From Mobula hypostoma (taxonomy: Eukaryota), in NCBI RefSeq assembly GCF_963921235.1, contig NC_086118.1, positions 24,988,001-25,052,000 on the forward strand: a DNA stretch of 64,000 nucleotides. The letters run 5' to 3'. The notes below the pieces were generated by a model. That model did no database searches and was not told the DNA's origin. It saw nothing but the letters and a program-made list of their open reading frames with translations. Shown one piece after another: positions 62,633 through 64,000 of this stretch; the stretch's first letter is position 1, and each line of letters starts with the position of its first letter. Both the position numbers and the translations under genes were made by a program.

Positions 62633-62659
62633 AAAGTCAAATCAAAAGTCACTTACCTA

Positions 62660-62860
62660 CATTAAAGGGCTGGTTTACAGTAGGCAGTTGACCAGACAGT
62701 ATGTTTTTGGGATGTTGTAGTAACCGAGGCACCCCGACAAAAGCTGTCTATTCATTGGGAGAAGTTGCAACTCCTCACTGACAACATGTGACATCAGGAT
62801 CGGATCAAATCCCTGGAACTGTGAAGTAGCAACACTATCAATGATGCTATGATGCCACCC
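62660..62860 (-). mobile_element. Degraded V-SINE-like element
   Basis: gtttttgggatgt...accgaggcacccc...gggagaagttgcaactcc. Confidence 0.65.
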
Positions 62861-63389
62861 TCTACCATTCCTGTGGCAAACTGAAGACCGGTAGAGGTAA
62901 AGAGTTGTCTTATTTGATTGAAGTAGTAGAACACTGGAAGGGTTAAAGTCCACTGGCAGTAATCTTTATTACAATAATTGCAATGATTGTAGCTCCAAGA
63001 AATCTCATGTCGAGCGGAGTTCTAAGATTACTGTCTGCTGAGATACCAAGGCAACCCACAGAGTTGTTGAAATGCTTAGCTGGAAATAATAAGAGCACAG
63101 AGGGAATAAGTAGCTTCAATACTGTAATAAATAACAGTAATAGACATGAGCTAACATGTAAGCAGTGAACAGAAATGTCACTATAGCATTGCTACAATAT
63201 TTATTTCAGGCTGCAGCTGCGACATGTGGAATGGTTGCAGGGCAGACCTGAGTATAAACAGGGGTATATTTTTAGCATGTAGATACTTGCTGCCTACCAT
63301 GGAAGATTAAGGGTATTTTATTTTAAAGTGGAAGTTGCGTGAGATTTTGTTAAATCTATGATGTTACTGGTTCCTTAAGGTTATCATAA

Positions 63390-63912
63390 TCAGTGGAGAT
63401 AGGGGGATAAGCTCCCACTTAATAGACTCTGACAACGAAGTCCAGCTCCTGGCCATCACATGTGGCTTAGCTACTAAGCCCAGTGGAACCATTTCTACTG
63501 AAAGGAGAAGGGGTAAAGGCAGGTTACTGGTGCCTTAAGACCAGTTGCTTCAGGCAGATGGGGCTCATTGGCCATTGTTGGCAGCTTATCTAGGAGAAGG
63601 AAAACTCTGATCTCAATCCTCTGCTGCCTTTTAGCTACATCCACTGATGGAAAAGACAGGGAGTAAACCCCGAAGGAAAATCCGGAGCTGGAGTCATCTA
63701 AAGCAGTCCAACATTGAGGTCAACGCTGACTGGCAACTCCTGCGACACCACTGGTGCCAAACTGTATCAACCTCTGCTGTTCCTTTGGATTCATCAGTTG
63801 CATGGAGAAGGGGACCCTGTTGCATAGGCAACAGCTTGCTCTCCATACAGTACTGCCCTGGGTTATGAACCAGCTTGCATATCACGTAGACGGCTAGGAT
63901 GCAAGATCCAGT
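63390..63912 (+). mobile_element. RTE-clade-derived non-autonomous retroposon (5' UTR-like)
   Basis: ggcagcttatctaggagaaggaaaactctgatctcaa..ctctgctgcct and gagtaaacccc..ggaaaatccggagctggagt motifs recalled from RTE/AviRTE-like 5' regions. Confidence 0.5.
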
Positions 63913-64000
63913 TCAATCCTGGCCAGTGGAGAGTCTCATGATGTTGCTGCCAATTGGAACATTTTTCACACTTCACATACTTGCTGTCAGTAACTCAAGT

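Overview
AT-rich, repeat-dominated vertebrate DNA, most likely intronic or intergenic. The repeat set suggests a cartilaginous fish, probably a ray (inference). It includes CR1 LINEs, Rex1/Babar LINEs, tRNA-derived V-SINE/HE1-like SINEs, Penelope-like elements and tails, an L1 3' fragment, a Hero/NeSL-like RLE element, RTE-derived short elements, Gypsy LTRs, and Tigger/Tc1/mariner/hAT DNA transposons. I recognise no intact host protein-coding gene, and nearly all ORF-track entries are transposon fragments or chance ORFs. The main observation is a Mag-like Gypsy LTR retrotransposon at 23465-26360 (minus strand). Its RT/RNaseH/most of integrase is replaced by an uninterrupted ~0.5 kb fragment of the host splicing factor RBM25 (RRM domain), lying in the same frame as the post-protease Pol sequence. 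This looks like LTR-mediated host-mRNA capture. Other points of interest are degenerate minimal hammerhead motifs in Penelope tails, TSD-flanked fold-back Penelope-tail elements, a recent 378-bp direct duplication, a Tigger4/Zombi-like transposon resembling the mammalian element, and several nested insertions with readable TSDs. Family names come from recalled motifs, not database searches.
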